Assembly (NCBI GenBank): GCA_963704725.1
Contig: OY969934.1
Span: 3,200,001-3,264,000 of the forward strand
Direction of reading: 5' to 3'
From: an uncultured Actinomycetes bacterium
Lineage (GTDB): Bacteria; Actinomycetota; UBA4738; HRBIN12
Length of the DNA: 64,000 nt
Part shown: piece after piece, positions 11,596 through 21,454 of the stretch
Layout of the letters: each line of letters begins with the position of its first letter
Position numbering within the stretch: position 1 is the stretch's first letter
Made by a program: the position numbers and the translations under genes
The notes under the pieces: model-generated
Databases searched by the model: none
Told to the model about the DNA's origin: nothing
The model's input: only the letters and a program-made list of their open reading frames with translations

Positions 11596-12861
11596 TCAGG
11601 TCGCCAGCGGGGGGCTCGCCAGCTGTGCGAGCTGCAGGGCCTGCCCCGGGAACCACTGACCGGCTCCCGGGTCGATGCGTCCCCACTCGGGGTCGACCGT
11701 GGTCCCGGCCGGCCCGAGGCCCCGCGTGCACTCACCGTCGGACTCGCCCGGCACCTTCACCCACAGGTAGGCATCGATCAGCGGGTCCCCGGTCGTCGGG
11801 GTCGGCCGGAGCCCCAGCCCCCGGCCCGGCGGGTTGCACCAGTCCTGCGGATCCGGGTAGGCGCCCGCCTGGGGCGTCCAGTGACCCTGGCCGTTCCGGC
11901 TCGTGTCGACGACGAAGTGTGTGGTCGGGACCGCCGCGCCGAGGTTGGCGTCGTACCACTCGTCCGACAGGTGCCACGTGCTGAAGTCGTTCGGGTCGGC
12001 CGGGAAGTACTGGCTGGCGCAGTAGTCGTAGTGGCCGAGGCGCCACCCTCCGTCGTCGGGGTTGTTGGCGAACGCGATGCACTTGGAGATCCAGCTCCCG
12101 TACTTGGCGAGCTGCTCGGTGAACCGGTAGTTCGACACGTCGACGTAGAACCCCGCCGCGCGCTGAACGCCCGCCTTCACCAGACGGTCGGAGGCGTCGC
12201 CCACCCCGAGCCATGCGCTGTGGGTCCCGTCGAGATAGACGCTGACGTTCGGCTGCTCCAGGAGCCGATCGAGGGCGTGGTTGAGCTGGAAGAACCGGTC
12301 GCTCGCCGCGGTCGCGGGATCGGCCTCCGGCGGCTGGCACCACTCCATCGTGGTGCTGCCGATCGGCGTGTAGAACGGGATGATCCCCAGACCGTCGGGC
12401 TCGAGGATCACGATGGCCCGACGGTTCCCGATCCCCCGCGCGAACCCCTCGATCCACGCCAGATACTCCTCGGTGTTGGTCGCCCCGCCGGCCGAGAACT
12501 GCGCGCAGTCTCGGAACGGGATGTTGTAGGCGACGAGCGTGGGGATCGCCTTCTGCTTCGAGGCGGCCCGCATCGTGCGCTGCACCGCCTGCTGCACGTC
12601 GGCGGGATCGCCGCCCGTGAACCACACCGCGTGCGGCTGGCGGAGCATCGCCGTCAGCAGCGCCGCGTTCTGCTGGTCACCGGCCTGGTGCAACGCGGCG
12701 AGTTGCTCCAGCGCCCCCTGGCTCGGCGGCGGCACGTAGAAGCCGCTCCGCTCGGGCTTGCGCACGCCCGCCCCGGCGGCCGGAGCGACGATCGACAGCA
12801 ACAGGAGCGCGACCACCGCGACCGCGCTCCCCACGGCTCGACGGACCCCTCGCGTTGCCAT
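11596..12861 (-). CDS. Secreted glycoside hydrolase family 6 (cellulase)
   Basis: Signal peptide; YNIPFRDC, ILEPDGL, DTSRNG, WCNPPGRG, WVKVPGESDG. Confidence 0.92.
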   Translation of the reverse strand: MATRGVRRAVGSAVAVVALLLLSIVAPAAGAGVRKPERSGFYVPPPSQGALEQLAALHQAGDQQNAALLTAMLRQPHAVWFTGGDPADVQQAVQRTMRAASKQKAIPTLVAYNIPFRDCAQFSAGGATNTEEYLAWIEGFARGIGNRRAIVILEPDGLGIIPFYTPIGSTTMEWCQPPEADPATAASDRFFQLNHALDRLLEQPNVSVYLDGTHSAWLGVGDASDRLVKAGVQRAAGFYVDVSNYRFTEQLAKYGSWISKCIAFANNPDDGGWRLGHYDYCASQYFPADPNDFSTWHLSDEWYDANLGAAVPTTHFVVDTSRNGQGHWTPQAGAYPDPQDWCNPPGRGLGLRPTPTTGDPLIDAYLWVKVPGESDGECTRGLGPAGTTVDPEWGRIDPGAGQWFPGQALQLAQLASPPLAT

Positions 12862-12911
12862 GGCTTCCCCCTTCCTCCCGGCCGTCTCGGCCACGATGCC
12901 GCGGACGCCTT

Positions 12912-12959
12912 CGGAAACGATTCCGGAGCCTGACGGCCGGATCACCGGAAGCGTTTTCG
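12912..12959. promoter_or_regulatory. Two LacI-type operator-like palindromes upstream of the GH6 gene
   Basis: CGGAAACGATTCCG (12912-12925) and CGGAAGCGTTTTCG (12946-12959), both with the LacI-style AA-N-CG-N-TT core. Confidence 0.6.
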
Positions 12960-13054
12960 AGACCGCTCCCACCACGCGCGGGTTCCATTCCCGCGCATCC
13001 CGCGCTCTGGGTCAAGTCGGTCGCCGAGGCTACGGAAACGGCCCGCCCGGGGCC

Positions 13055-14284
13055 CTACGCGATCGCGGCGAGGAACTCGTCGAGGTCGGCGCCCACGTGG
13101 TAGCTGGCCTCGAGCGAGCCCTCGAGCGCCTCGATCGTCTTGTAGCCGTTGCCCGTGACGAGCGCCACGGTCTCCTCCTGCGCCCCGATCAGGCCCGCCT
13201 CGCACAGGCGGCGAAGGACCGCGATCGTGACGCCTCCGGCGGTCTCGGTGAACACGCCCTCCGTCTCCGCTAGCAGACGCACGCCGTCGATGACCTCCCG
13301 CTCGGTGCAGGCGTCGATGGTGCCGCCGGTGGCCCGGGCGGTCTCGATGGCGTACCAGCCGTCGGCGGGACTCCCGATCGCGAGCGACTTGGCGATCGTG
13401 TTCGGCTTGACCGGGAGCACCTCGTCCGCGTTCGCGGCGAAGGCACGGGCCACGGGCGCGCACCCCTCGGCCTGGGCGCCGCTGATCCGGCAGGGACGGT
13501 CGGCGACCGCCCCGATCTCGACCAGCTCGCGAAACGCCCGGTGGACTTTCGTCATCAGCGCGCCGGACGCGATCGGCACCACCACGTGGTCGGGAAGCCG
13601 CCAGCCGAGCTGCTCGGCGACCTCGAAGCCGAGCGACTTGGAGCCCTCCGCGTAGAACGGCCGCATGTTGACGTTGACGAACGCCCACGGCAGCGCGTCG
13701 GCGACCTCGCTGCACAACCGGTTCACGTCGTCGTAGCTGCCCTTCACCGCAACGACCTTGGCGCCGTAGGCCTCCGTCGCCAGGATCTTCGCGCGCTCGA
13801 GGTCGTCGGGCACGAACACGTAGCAGGGCATCCCGATCCTCGCCGCCGCGGCGGCGGTCGCGTTGGCCAGGTTCCCCGTCGACGCGCAGCTGATCGCCTC
13901 GAACCCGAACGCTCGCGCCATCGTCGTGGCCACGCTCACCACGCGGTCCTTGAACGAGTTCGACGGATTCACGCTGTCGTCCTTGATCCACAGCGCCTCG
14001 AGCCCGAGACGCTCGGCCAGACGGTCCGCCCGGCGCAGCGGCGTGAACCCCGCGCCGAGATCCACCCGCGGCACGTCGGGCCCCCCCGGAAGGAGCTGGT
14101 CGTAGCGCCACAGCGAAGGCGGGCCGGCCTCGACGTGCTTGCGGAAGTCGACGCCGTCGATCGCCGCCAGGTCGTAGGCGGGCTCGAGCGGCCCGAAGCA
14201 CTCCTCGCAGATCGTGAGCGGCTCGACCGGGTACCGCGCGCGACACTCCCGGCACGCCAGCGCCTGGGGGCTGGCGATCGTCAT
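13055..14284 (-). CDS. thrC: Threonine synthase
   Basis: N-terminal [17 protein letters not shown] (PLP lysine), [16 protein letters not shown]; ATGA overlap with ilvD. Confidence 0.9.
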   Translation of the reverse strand: MTIASPQALACRECRARYPVEPLTICEECFGPLEPAYDLAAIDGVDFRKHVEAGPPSLWRYDQLLPGGPDVPRVDLGAGFTPLRRADRLAERLGLEALWIKDDSVNPSNSFKDRVVSVATTMARAFGFEAISCASTGNLANATAAAAARIGMPCYVFVPDDLERAKILATEAYGAKVVAVKGSYDDVNRLCSEVADALPWAFVNVNMRPFYAEGSKSLGFEVAEQLGWRLPDHVVVPIASGALMTKVHRAFRELVEIGAVADRPCRISGAQAEGCAPVARAFAANADEVLPVKPNTIAKSLAIGSPADGWYAIETARATGGTIDACTEREVIDGVRLLAETEGVFTETAGGVTIAVLRRLCEAGLIGAQEETVALVTGNGYKTIEALEGSLEASYHVGADLDEFLAAIA

Positions 14285-15960
14285 CCCGTGACGGCTCCCC
14301 GAGCGGCCGATCCCACGAGCTTCGCGTACTTGGCCAGGACCCCCGTCGTGTATCGGGGCGCCGGCGGCAGCCACTCGGCGCGGCGACGGTCGAGCTCGGC
14401 CTCGTCGACGACGACGTCGATCCGGCGGTTCGCGGCGTCGATGACGATGTCGTCGCCCTCGCGCACGAGGGCGATCGGCCCGCCCACGACGGCCTCCGGG
14501 GCGATGTGTCCGACGCTGTAGCCCTTGGTCGCGCCGCTGAACCGGCCGTCGGTGATCAGCGCCACCTCGGAGCCGAGGCCGGCTCCGGCGACGGCGGCCG
14601 TGACCGCGAGCATCTCCGGCATGCCGGGCGAGCCCTTCGGCCCCTCGTAACGGATGACGATGACATCGCCCTCGCGGATCCGGCCCGCCGTCACCGCGTC
14701 GAACGCGTCCTGCTCGGAGTCGAACGTCCGGGCGCGGCCGCGGAACTCGAGGGTCGCGGCGCCGGCGATCTTCATCACCGCGCCCTCCGGGGCGAGCGAG
14801 CCGCGCAGGATCGCCGTGCCGCCCTCGGCGTGGATCGGCGACGAGAGCGGGCGCACGACCGCCCCGTCCGGCGCGGGGATCTCCATCTCGTCGAGGTTCT
14901 CCGCCACGGTCTTGCCCGTCACGGTGAGCGCCCCGCCCGCCAGCAGGTCCGCGTCGAGCAGCATCCGCATGATCACCGGGACGCCGCCCACGCGGTCGAG
15001 ATCGCTCATCACGAACCGGCCGGCGGGCCGGACGTCGACGACGTGCGGCACCTCACGGCTGATCCGGTCGAAGTCCTCGAGCTCGAGGTCCACGCCGGCC
15101 TCGTGGGCGATGGCCAGGAGGTGCAGGACGGCGTTCGTGGATCCGGCCAGCGCCATGACGACCGCGATCGCGTTCGTGAACGCGTCCCTCGTCAGGATGT
15201 CCCGCGGGCGGATGCCGGCCCTCAGCAGCCCGGTCACGGCGACGCCCGAGTCCCGGGCCAGCACCTCGCGGCGGTAGTCGACGGCCGGGGGGCTCGCCGC
15301 ACCCGGCAGCGACATGCCGAGCGCCTCGGCCGCGGCGGCCATGGTGTTGGCGGTGTACATGCCCGCGCACGAGCCGGCGCCGGGACAGGCGGCCCGCTCG
15401 ATGCCCAGCAGGTCCGCGTCGGACAGCGAGCCGTTGGCGTGCGCGCCCACGGCCTCGAACACGTCCTGGATCGTGACGTCGCGCCCTTCGTACGTCCCCG
15501 GCAGGATCGTGCCGCCGTACAGGAAGACCGACGGCAGGTTGAGGCGCGCCATCGCCATGAGCATCCCCGGCTCGGACTTGTCGCAGCCCGCGATGCCGAC
15601 GAGCCCGTCAAAGCGCTCCGCGTGCATGACCAGTTCGACCGAGTCGGCGATGACGTCGCGGCTCACGAGCGAGGCCTTCATCCCCTCGTGCCCCATGGCG
15701 ATCCCGTCGGAGACGGCGATCGTCGTGAACTCGATGGGGACGGCGTCGCCCTGGCGGACGCCCTCCTTCGCCAGCGCCGCGAGCTTGTCGAGGTGGTAGT
15801 TGCAGGGCGTGACCTCGTTCCAGCTCGAGGCCACCCCCACCTGCGATCGGCCGAAGTCCTCCTCGGAGAACCCGACGGCGCGGAGCATCGCCCGGGCCCC
15901 GGCCCGCTGGGGGCCCTCCGTGACCTGCCAGCTGCGAGGACGCTTCGGGTCGCGATCCAC
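14281..15960 (-). CDS. ilvD: Dihydroxy-acid dehydratase
   Basis: [48 protein letters not shown]; AGGAGG RBS before GTG. Confidence 0.96.
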   Translation of the reverse strand: MDRDPKRPRSWQVTEGPQRAGARAMLRAVGFSEEDFGRSQVGVASSWNEVTPCNYHLDKLAALAKEGVRQGDAVPIEFTTIAVSDGIAMGHEGMKASLVSRDVIADSVELVMHAERFDGLVGIAGCDKSEPGMLMAMARLNLPSVFLYGGTILPGTYEGRDVTIQDVFEAVGAHANGSLSDADLLGIERAACPGAGSCAGMYTANTMAAAAEALGMSLPGAASPPAVDYRREVLARDSGVAVTGLLRAGIRPRDILTRDAFTNAIAVVMALAGSTNAVLHLLAIAHEAGVDLELEDFDRISREVPHVVDVRPAGRFVMSDLDRVGGVPVIMRMLLDADLLAGGALTVTGKTVAENLDEMEIPAPDGAVVRPLSSPIHAEGGTAILRGSLAPEGAVMKIAGAATLEFRGRARTFDSEQDAFDAVTAGRIREGDVIVIRYEGPKGSPGMPEMLAVTAAVAGAGLGSEVALITDGRFSGATKGYSVGHIAPEAVVGGPIALVREGDDIVIDAANRRIDVVVDEAELDRRRAEWLPPAPRYTTGVLAKYAKLVGSAARGAVTG

Positions 15961-15970
15961 CGGTGACCTC

Positions 15971-15986
15971 CTGAACGTTGGGTCAG
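15971..15986. promoter_or_regulatory. Putative TetR operator A (weaker match)
   Basis: CTGAACGTTGGGTCAG between ilvD and the divergent FAD oxidase pair. Confidence 0.5.
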
Positions 15987-16057
15987 AATGGGTCTCGCGA
16001 CGATACCAGCGGGCCCGTGGGGGGACCGCGCTCGAGGAGACGTGGAGGATCGGACGC

Positions 16058-17509
16058 GTGGGGACCCGGGCCCGGCGACCGCCCGCCGCTCCTGCCCCGC
16101 GCCCGGCCGTCCGGTCGTGGTGGCTCGAGGAGGCGCTCGCGCACGGCGAGTTCGCGGGGCCCGAGGCTCCCCCGCTGGCTCGCGACACGACCGCCGACGT
16201 GGTCATCCTCGGCGGCGGCTACACGGGCATGTGGACGGCCTGGTTCCTCAAGGAGCGCGAGCCCGACCTCGACGTCGTCCTGCTCGAGACCGACATCTGC
16301 GGCGGCGGTCCGAGCGGCCGCAACGGCGGGTTCTGCGACGGCTGGTGGGGACACCTCGTCGACATCGTCCGGACCTACGGCGACTCCGACGCGATGGAGC
16401 TCCTGCTCATGGGGGCGCGCTCGCCCTCGGAGATCGGCGCCTGGTGCGCGCGCAACGGTGTCGACGCATGGTTCCGCCACGCCGGCGACCTCGCCGTGGC
16501 CACGAACGCCCATCACGAGGGGCACCTCGGCGGACTGTTCGAGACCGCCGCTCGCCTCGGGGTGGAGGGCGAGTTCGCGGCGCTGTCGCGCGAGGAGGTT
16601 CGCGACCGGTGCGACTCGCCGGCGTTCGGGAGCGGGCTCCTGATCCACGACGCCGCGAACCTGCAGCCGGCGCGCCTGGCGCGAGGGCTGCGCCGGGCGC
16701 TGATCGAGCGGGGCGTTCGGATCCACGAGCGGACGCCGGTGACGAGGTTCCGGGCGTCCCGGCCGGCCGTGGCCGAGACCCCGGGCGGCGTGGTGCGGGC
16801 CGGCGAGGGCGTCGTCGGGCTCGGCGCCTGGGCCACGTGGTGGCGGGCGTTCAAGCCGAGGACGACCGTGCGAGGCTCCTACATGGTCATCACCGCGCCG
16901 GCGCCCGAACGCCTCGAGGCGATGGGCTGGACGGGCGGCGAGCAGATCCGGGACCTGCGCTCCTCGATCCACTACGCGAGGACGACTCCCGACGGTCGGA
17001 TCGCGCTCGGGCTCGGGGGGCTGCAGCCGGATCTCGCCCGCCGGATCGACCACCGGTACGACTACGCGGAGCGGTACGCGCGTCGGGTCGCGGCGGACCT
17101 CCCCCGCCTGTTCCCAGCGTTCGCCGGGGTGCCGATCGAGGCCGCGTGGGGAGGGCCGATCAACGTCTCCGGATTCACCATGCCGTTCTTCGGGTCGATG
17201 GGCGCCCACGGCAACGTGCACTACGGGCTGGGCTACACGGGGAACGGGGTGGGGCCGTCGTATCTCGGCGGCCGGATCCTGGCGGCGCTGGCGCTGCACG
17301 CCGACGACGGGTTCACCCGGCTCGGCGTGATCACGCGTGAGCCGAAGCGGTTCCCTCCGGAGCCGATCCGCTCGCCCGGCATGCTGGTCGCCAACGCCGC
17401 GATCCGGCGCAAGGACGACGTGGAGGACGACGGCCGCCGCGTCGACCCGCTGACCTCGTTCGTCGCCCGGCTCCCCCGCCGGCTCGGCTTCAACCTGGGC
17501 CCCCGATGA
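16058..17509 (+). CDS. FAD-dependent oxidoreductase, DAO/PuuB-like
   Basis: [47 protein letters not shown]; GGAGG RBS before GTG. Confidence 0.88.
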   Translation: MGTRARRPPAAPAPRPAVRSWWLEEALAHGEFAGPEAPPLARDTTADVVILGGGYTGMWTAWFLKEREPDLDVVLLETDICGGGPSGRNGGFCDGWWGHLVDIVRTYGDSDAMELLLMGARSPSEIGAWCARNGVDAWFRHAGDLAVATNAHHEGHLGGLFETAARLGVEGEFAALSREEVRDRCDSPAFGSGLLIHDAANLQPARLARGLRRALIERGVRIHERTPVTRFRASRPAVAETPGGVVRAGEGVVGLGAWATWWRAFKPRTTVRGSYMVITAPAPERLEAMGWTGGEQIRDLRSSIHYARTTPDGRIALGLGGLQPDLARRIDHRYDYAERYARRVAADLPRLFPAFAGVPIEAAWGGPINVSGFTMPFFGSMGAHGNVHYGLGYTGNGVGPSYLGGRILAALALHADDGFTRLGVITREPKRFPPEPIRSPGMLVANAAIRRKDDVEDDGRRVDPLTSFVARLPRRLGFNLGPR

Positions 17510-18918
17510 GCGCGCTGCCGCGCCCGGCCGATCGGAGCTGGTGGCTCGAGGAGGCCCTGTCGCACCCGGAGTTCGCGGGCGAGCCCCGCCCGGCGCTCGA
17601 CCGGGACGTGAGCGCCGACGTCGTCGTGGTGGGCGGCGGCTACACGGGGATGTGGAGCGCGTACTTCCTGACCGAGCGCGAGCCGGGCCTCGACGTGGTG
17701 CTGCTCGAACAGGACATCTGCGGGGGCGGCCCGAGCGGGCGCAACGGCGGGTTCGTGAACGGCTTCTACGACGACCTGTGGCTGCTCGAGGAACGCTTCG
17801 GCGACGAGGGCCGCCGGACCGCCGAGCTCGCGGCGCGCTCGATCGACGAGGTGGGGACGTGGTGCGAGCATCACGACGTCGACGCGTGGTACGGCGCGAC
17901 GGGCGACCTCGGGATCTCGACGTCGCCGGCGCAGGACGCCGTGCTCGCCGAGGTGGTCGCCGATCTCGATCGGCGTGGCTTCGGCGGCGTGTACCGGCCC
18001 CTCGACACCGGCGAGGTGCGCGAGCGCTTCGTCTCGCCCATCGCCCGAGGCGGCGTCCACGTCACCCACGCCGCGCACGTCCAGCCGGCCCGTCTCGCCC
18101 GGGGCCTGCGCCGGGTCCTCCTCGAGCGCGGGGTGCGCATCTACGAGCACACGCCGGTGACGCGCTTCCGATCGGGCCGGGCGCCCTTCGCCGAGACGCC
18201 CGCCGGCGCAGTCCGATCCGAGCGCGCGATCCTCGGCGTCAACGCGTGGGCGGCGGGCTGGGACGCCTTCCGCCGGAGCCTCTTGGTTCGCGGGACCTAC
18301 GTCGTCGTCACCGCCCCCGCACCGGAGATCCTCGAACGGATCCGATGGATCGGCGGGGAGGGCGTGTACGACTTCCGGACCGCGCTGCACTACCTGCGGA
18401 CGACCCCGGACGGTCGGATCGCGTTCGGCGGTGCCGGTCACGCCGTGTCCACGAGGAGGATCGACCCGCGATACCGGTACGACGAGCGCTCGGTCGCCGA
18501 CCTGGTGGGGGACTTCCGGACGTGGTTCCCGGCGTTCCGCGACGTCGCGCTCGAGGCGGCGTGGGGCGGCCCGATCGACGTGTCCGGATGGCACCTGCCG
18601 TTCTTCGGGACGCTGCCCGGCGGGCGCGTGCACTACGGGCTCGGGTTCACCGGCAACGGCGTCGGCCCCTGCCATCTCGGAGGCAGGATCCTGTCGGGAC
18701 TCGCGCTCGGCGTCGAGGACGAGGCCACCCGATCGCCGCTCGTGGACACGGAGCCCAAGCGCTTCCCGAGGGAACCGCTCTTCACGGCGGGCGAGCGGCT
18801 CGTGACCGGGGCCATCCTCCGCAAGGACGCGCGCGAGGACCGGGGCCGCCGTCCGGATCCGATCACGAACGCGCTCGCGCACCTGCCCAGGCGGCTCGGG
18901 TACAACCTCGGACCGTAG
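17506..18918 (+). CDS. FAD-dependent oxidoreductase, DAO/PuuB-like (tandem paralog)
   Basis: Same motifs as the upstream gene; ATGA overlap. Confidence 0.9.
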   Translation: MSALPRPADRSWWLEEALSHPEFAGEPRPALDRDVSADVVVVGGGYTGMWSAYFLTEREPGLDVVLLEQDICGGGPSGRNGGFVNGFYDDLWLLEERFGDEGRRTAELAARSIDEVGTWCEHHDVDAWYGATGDLGISTSPAQDAVLAEVVADLDRRGFGGVYRPLDTGEVRERFVSPIARGGVHVTHAAHVQPARLARGLRRVLLERGVRIYEHTPVTRFRSGRAPFAETPAGAVRSERAILGVNAWAAGWDAFRRSLLVRGTYVVVTAPAPEILERIRWIGGEGVYDFRTALHYLRTTPDGRIAFGGAGHAVSTRRIDPRYRYDERSVADLVGDFRTWFPAFRDVALEAAWGGPIDVSGWHLPFFGTLPGGRVHYGLGFTGNGVGPCHLGGRILSGLALGVEDEATRSPLVDTEPKRFPREPLFTAGERLVTGAILRKDAREDRGRRPDPITNALAHLPRRLGYNLGP

Positions 18919-18945
18919 CCCGGCCCACGACGCTCCCGCGCTTCA

Positions 18946-19959
18946 TCATCGGTGCGGATCCACGAGCGTCTTGGGAGCGCCCAGGGCGGACGGGGACCGC
19001 GCGCCGGCGAGCGCCTCGGAGACCTCCTCCAGGCCCACGATCTCCGCCACGAGCGGCGCGGTCCGGATCCGGCCGGAGGCGACGAGCTCGATCGCGCGGT
19101 CGAGCCCCGCGGATGCCGCGAGGATCCCCACGACCGTCACGTCGCGGAGCACGGCGTGGCGGGTGTCGAGCAGGCTCGACTCCTCGGCGATGCCGACGAG
19201 CACGACGCGGCCGGCGGGCTCCACGATCTCGACGGCGCGGGCCGGCACCTCCCGAGCCGTCGACATGTCGATCACCGCGTCGTATCCCGCGCCCGGCACG
19301 TCCTCGGGGGAGAAGGTCCGCCGCGCCCCGAGCTCTCGGGCCAGGCGGAGCTGCTCCGGTCGCACCCCCACCACGTCCACCTCCGCTCCCTCCGCCGCCG
19401 CGAACTGCAGGGCAAGCAGGCCCAACGTCCCCGAGCCCCACACGCAGACCCGCCGCCCCGGCGCCAGATGGGCGGCGTGGACCGCGCGCAGCGCCGAGCC
19501 GGCGGGCTCGATCAGCGCCCCGGCGTCCGGGTCCATGCCCTCGGGCAGCCGGCGAAGAGCCACCGCGGGGACGGCGACCCTCTCGGCGAGCGCGCCCGGC
19601 AGGCCGTCGCGGATGCCGAGCTCCAGCCGCTCGCCGCACACGTGGTGCCGCCCCGCCCGGCAGCGCTCGCAGCGCCCGCAGCCGATCATGGTGTCGCCCG
19701 TGACGAGGGCGCCCTCCCACCCCTCGTCGACGCTGGGGCCGAGCGCTCGCACGCGGCCGCACCACTCGTGACCGATCCGGACCGGGTACGTGGTCGACCC
19801 GTCGTGCAGGTACGGCATCGAGCCCGTGAAGAGCTCGACGTCGGTCCCGCACACGCCGGCCCGGATCACCTCGACCACGACCCGACCGGTGCTCGCGACC
19901 GGCTCGGGGACGTCGGCCACGGCGGCCGAGCGCGGCCCGTCGATCACGAAGGCGCGCAT
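18946..19959 (-). CDS. Zinc-dependent alcohol dehydrogenase (MDR family)
   Basis: GVCGTD, GHEWCG, CGRCERC..C structural Zn site, GSGTLG. Confidence 0.9.
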   Translation of the reverse strand: MRAFVIDGPRSAAVADVPEPVASTGRVVVEVIRAGVCGTDVELFTGSMPYLHDGSTTYPVRIGHEWCGRVRALGPSVDEGWEGALVTGDTMIGCGRCERCRAGRHHVCGERLELGIRDGLPGALAERVAVPAVALRRLPEGMDPDAGALIEPAGSALRAVHAAHLAPGRRVCVWGSGTLGLLALQFAAAEGAEVDVVGVRPEQLRLARELGARRTFSPEDVPGAGYDAVIDMSTAREVPARAVEIVEPAGRVVLVGIAEESSLLDTRHAVLRDVTVVGILAASAGLDRAIELVASGRIRTAPLVAEIVGLEEVSEALAGARSPSALGAPKTLVDPHR

Positions 19960-20002
19960 CGATCCGAGCCCGTGGGGTCCCGCTCCAGGCCACGCGCGAT
20001 CC

Positions 20003-21394
20003 TCACGGGATCGCGAAGGGCTCGTGGCCGGGAGCGACCGCCGGCCAGGGGTGCGCCCGCTCCCAGGCCGCGGCGAGCTCGAGGACGAGGTCGTCGCGGT
20101 ACCGCGGGCCGTTGATCTCGATCCCGAAGGGCAACCCGTTGGCGCATGTCCCCGCCGGGACCGAGAGCGAGGGATGCCCACTCAGGTTGAATTCGCCGGT
20201 GTGGTAGCCGTCGGCTCCCGCCACTCGCCCGGTCCCCGGGAGCGTCCCGTCGGCGAGCCAGCCCTCGTAGCCGTGCGTCGGACATACCAGCACGGCGTCG
20301 GCCCCGAGCAGCGCGTCGAGATCGGCCGTGTACGCGAACCGCCGGAGCCGTGCGGCCAGGTAGTCCTGGAGCGTGAAGCTCAGGGCATGTTCCATCTCAC
20401 CTCGGAACGCCGCGCTGAACTCGTCGAGATGCGCGATCACCCACTCCCGCCCCAGGACGTGGAGCTCCTCGACCGTGACCGTGACGTACCAGTCGTCGCG
20501 CGAGTCGTCGCCGACGGGGCCGGCGCTCGGGAAGAGCGTCGAGGGCGCGATCTCCTCGACCGGCAGGCCGAGGTCGCGTTCGATCGCATCCAGCGCCGCG
20601 CGGAACGGCGCGTCGACCTCGGGGGGCAACGGGCCGACGTCGCGGGTCCGCCCGACGGCGAGCACGCGAGACGGCATGCCGCCTCGAGGAGCCCACTCCG
20701 GGGCGGCCGAGGGATCGCCCTCGACCGGCCCGCGCATGACCTCGAGCAGGAGCCGAGCGTCGGCGACCGACGTGGCGAGGGGGCCCTGGGTCGAGGTCTC
20801 GAGCCACGACGGGATGGGGCGGCGCCCGATCAGACCGGCCGTGGGCTTGAGCCCGACGAGCCCGCAGAACGTGGCCGGCGTGCGGATCGAGCCGCCGCCG
20901 TCCGTTCCCGTCGCGAGCGGCGTCATCCCCGCGGCCAGCGCGGCCCCCGATCCTCCCGAGGAGCCGCCCGGCGACCACTCGAGCCCCCACGGGTTCCGCG
21001 TCGGACCGAACACGTCGTTGTCGGTGTAGCCCTGGAAGGCGAACTCGGGGATGTTCGTCCGCCCCACGACGATCGCGCCTGCCGCGACCATGCGCTCGAC
21101 CGTGACCTCGCTCCGCGCCGCCGGCGAGCGGTCGAGCATCGGGCGCGAGCCGAAGTGCGTCACCATCCCCGCCACGTCCGTGTTGTCCTTGACCAGGAGC
21201 GGCAGCCCGGCGAGCGTTCCCCCGCGACTCCCGTCGTCGAACGCCCGAGCCTCGGTCAGCGCCTCCTCGGCGCGCACGAGCGTCACCGCGTTCAGCGAGG
21301 GGTCGAGCCGCTCGATGCGTTCGAGCGCCGTCGTCACGAGCTCGGCGGCCGAGACGCGGCGCTCGCGGACCGCCGCCGCGAGCTCGGCGAGCAT
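20003..21394 (-). CDS. Amidase (amidase signature family)
   Basis: LLVKDN, GGSSGGSGAA, GTDGGGSIR (Ser-cisSer-Lys triad). Confidence 0.92.
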   Translation of the reverse strand: MLAELAAAVRERRVSAAELVTTALERIERLDPSLNAVTLVRAEEALTEARAFDDGSRGGTLAGLPLLVKDNTDVAGMVTHFGSRPMLDRSPAARSEVTVERMVAAGAIVVGRTNIPEFAFQGYTDNDVFGPTRNPWGLEWSPGGSSGGSGAALAAGMTPLATGTDGGGSIRTPATFCGLVGLKPTAGLIGRRPIPSWLETSTQGPLATSVADARLLLEVMRGPVEGDPSAAPEWAPRGGMPSRVLAVGRTRDVGPLPPEVDAPFRAALDAIERDLGLPVEEIAPSTLFPSAGPVGDDSRDDWYVTVTVEELHVLGREWVIAHLDEFSAAFRGEMEHALSFTLQDYLAARLRRFAYTADLDALLGADAVLVCPTHGYEGWLADGTLPGTGRVAGADGYHTGEFNLSGHPSLSVPAGTCANGLPFGIEINGPRYRDDLVLELAAAWERAHPWPAVAPGHEPFAIP

Positions 21395-21454
21395 CAGCGG
21401 CCGTGGCGCGTCGTCGCGCGCATCAGCGGCCGTCGCGCGTGGGCGCGCGCATCA
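21391..21454 (-). repeat. 29-bp tandem repeat forming two 9-codon mini-ORFs chained by TGATG
   Basis: MRAPTRDGR* (21452-21423) and MRATTRHGR* (21423-21394) link the upstream stop codon to the amidase ATG. Confidence 0.8.
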
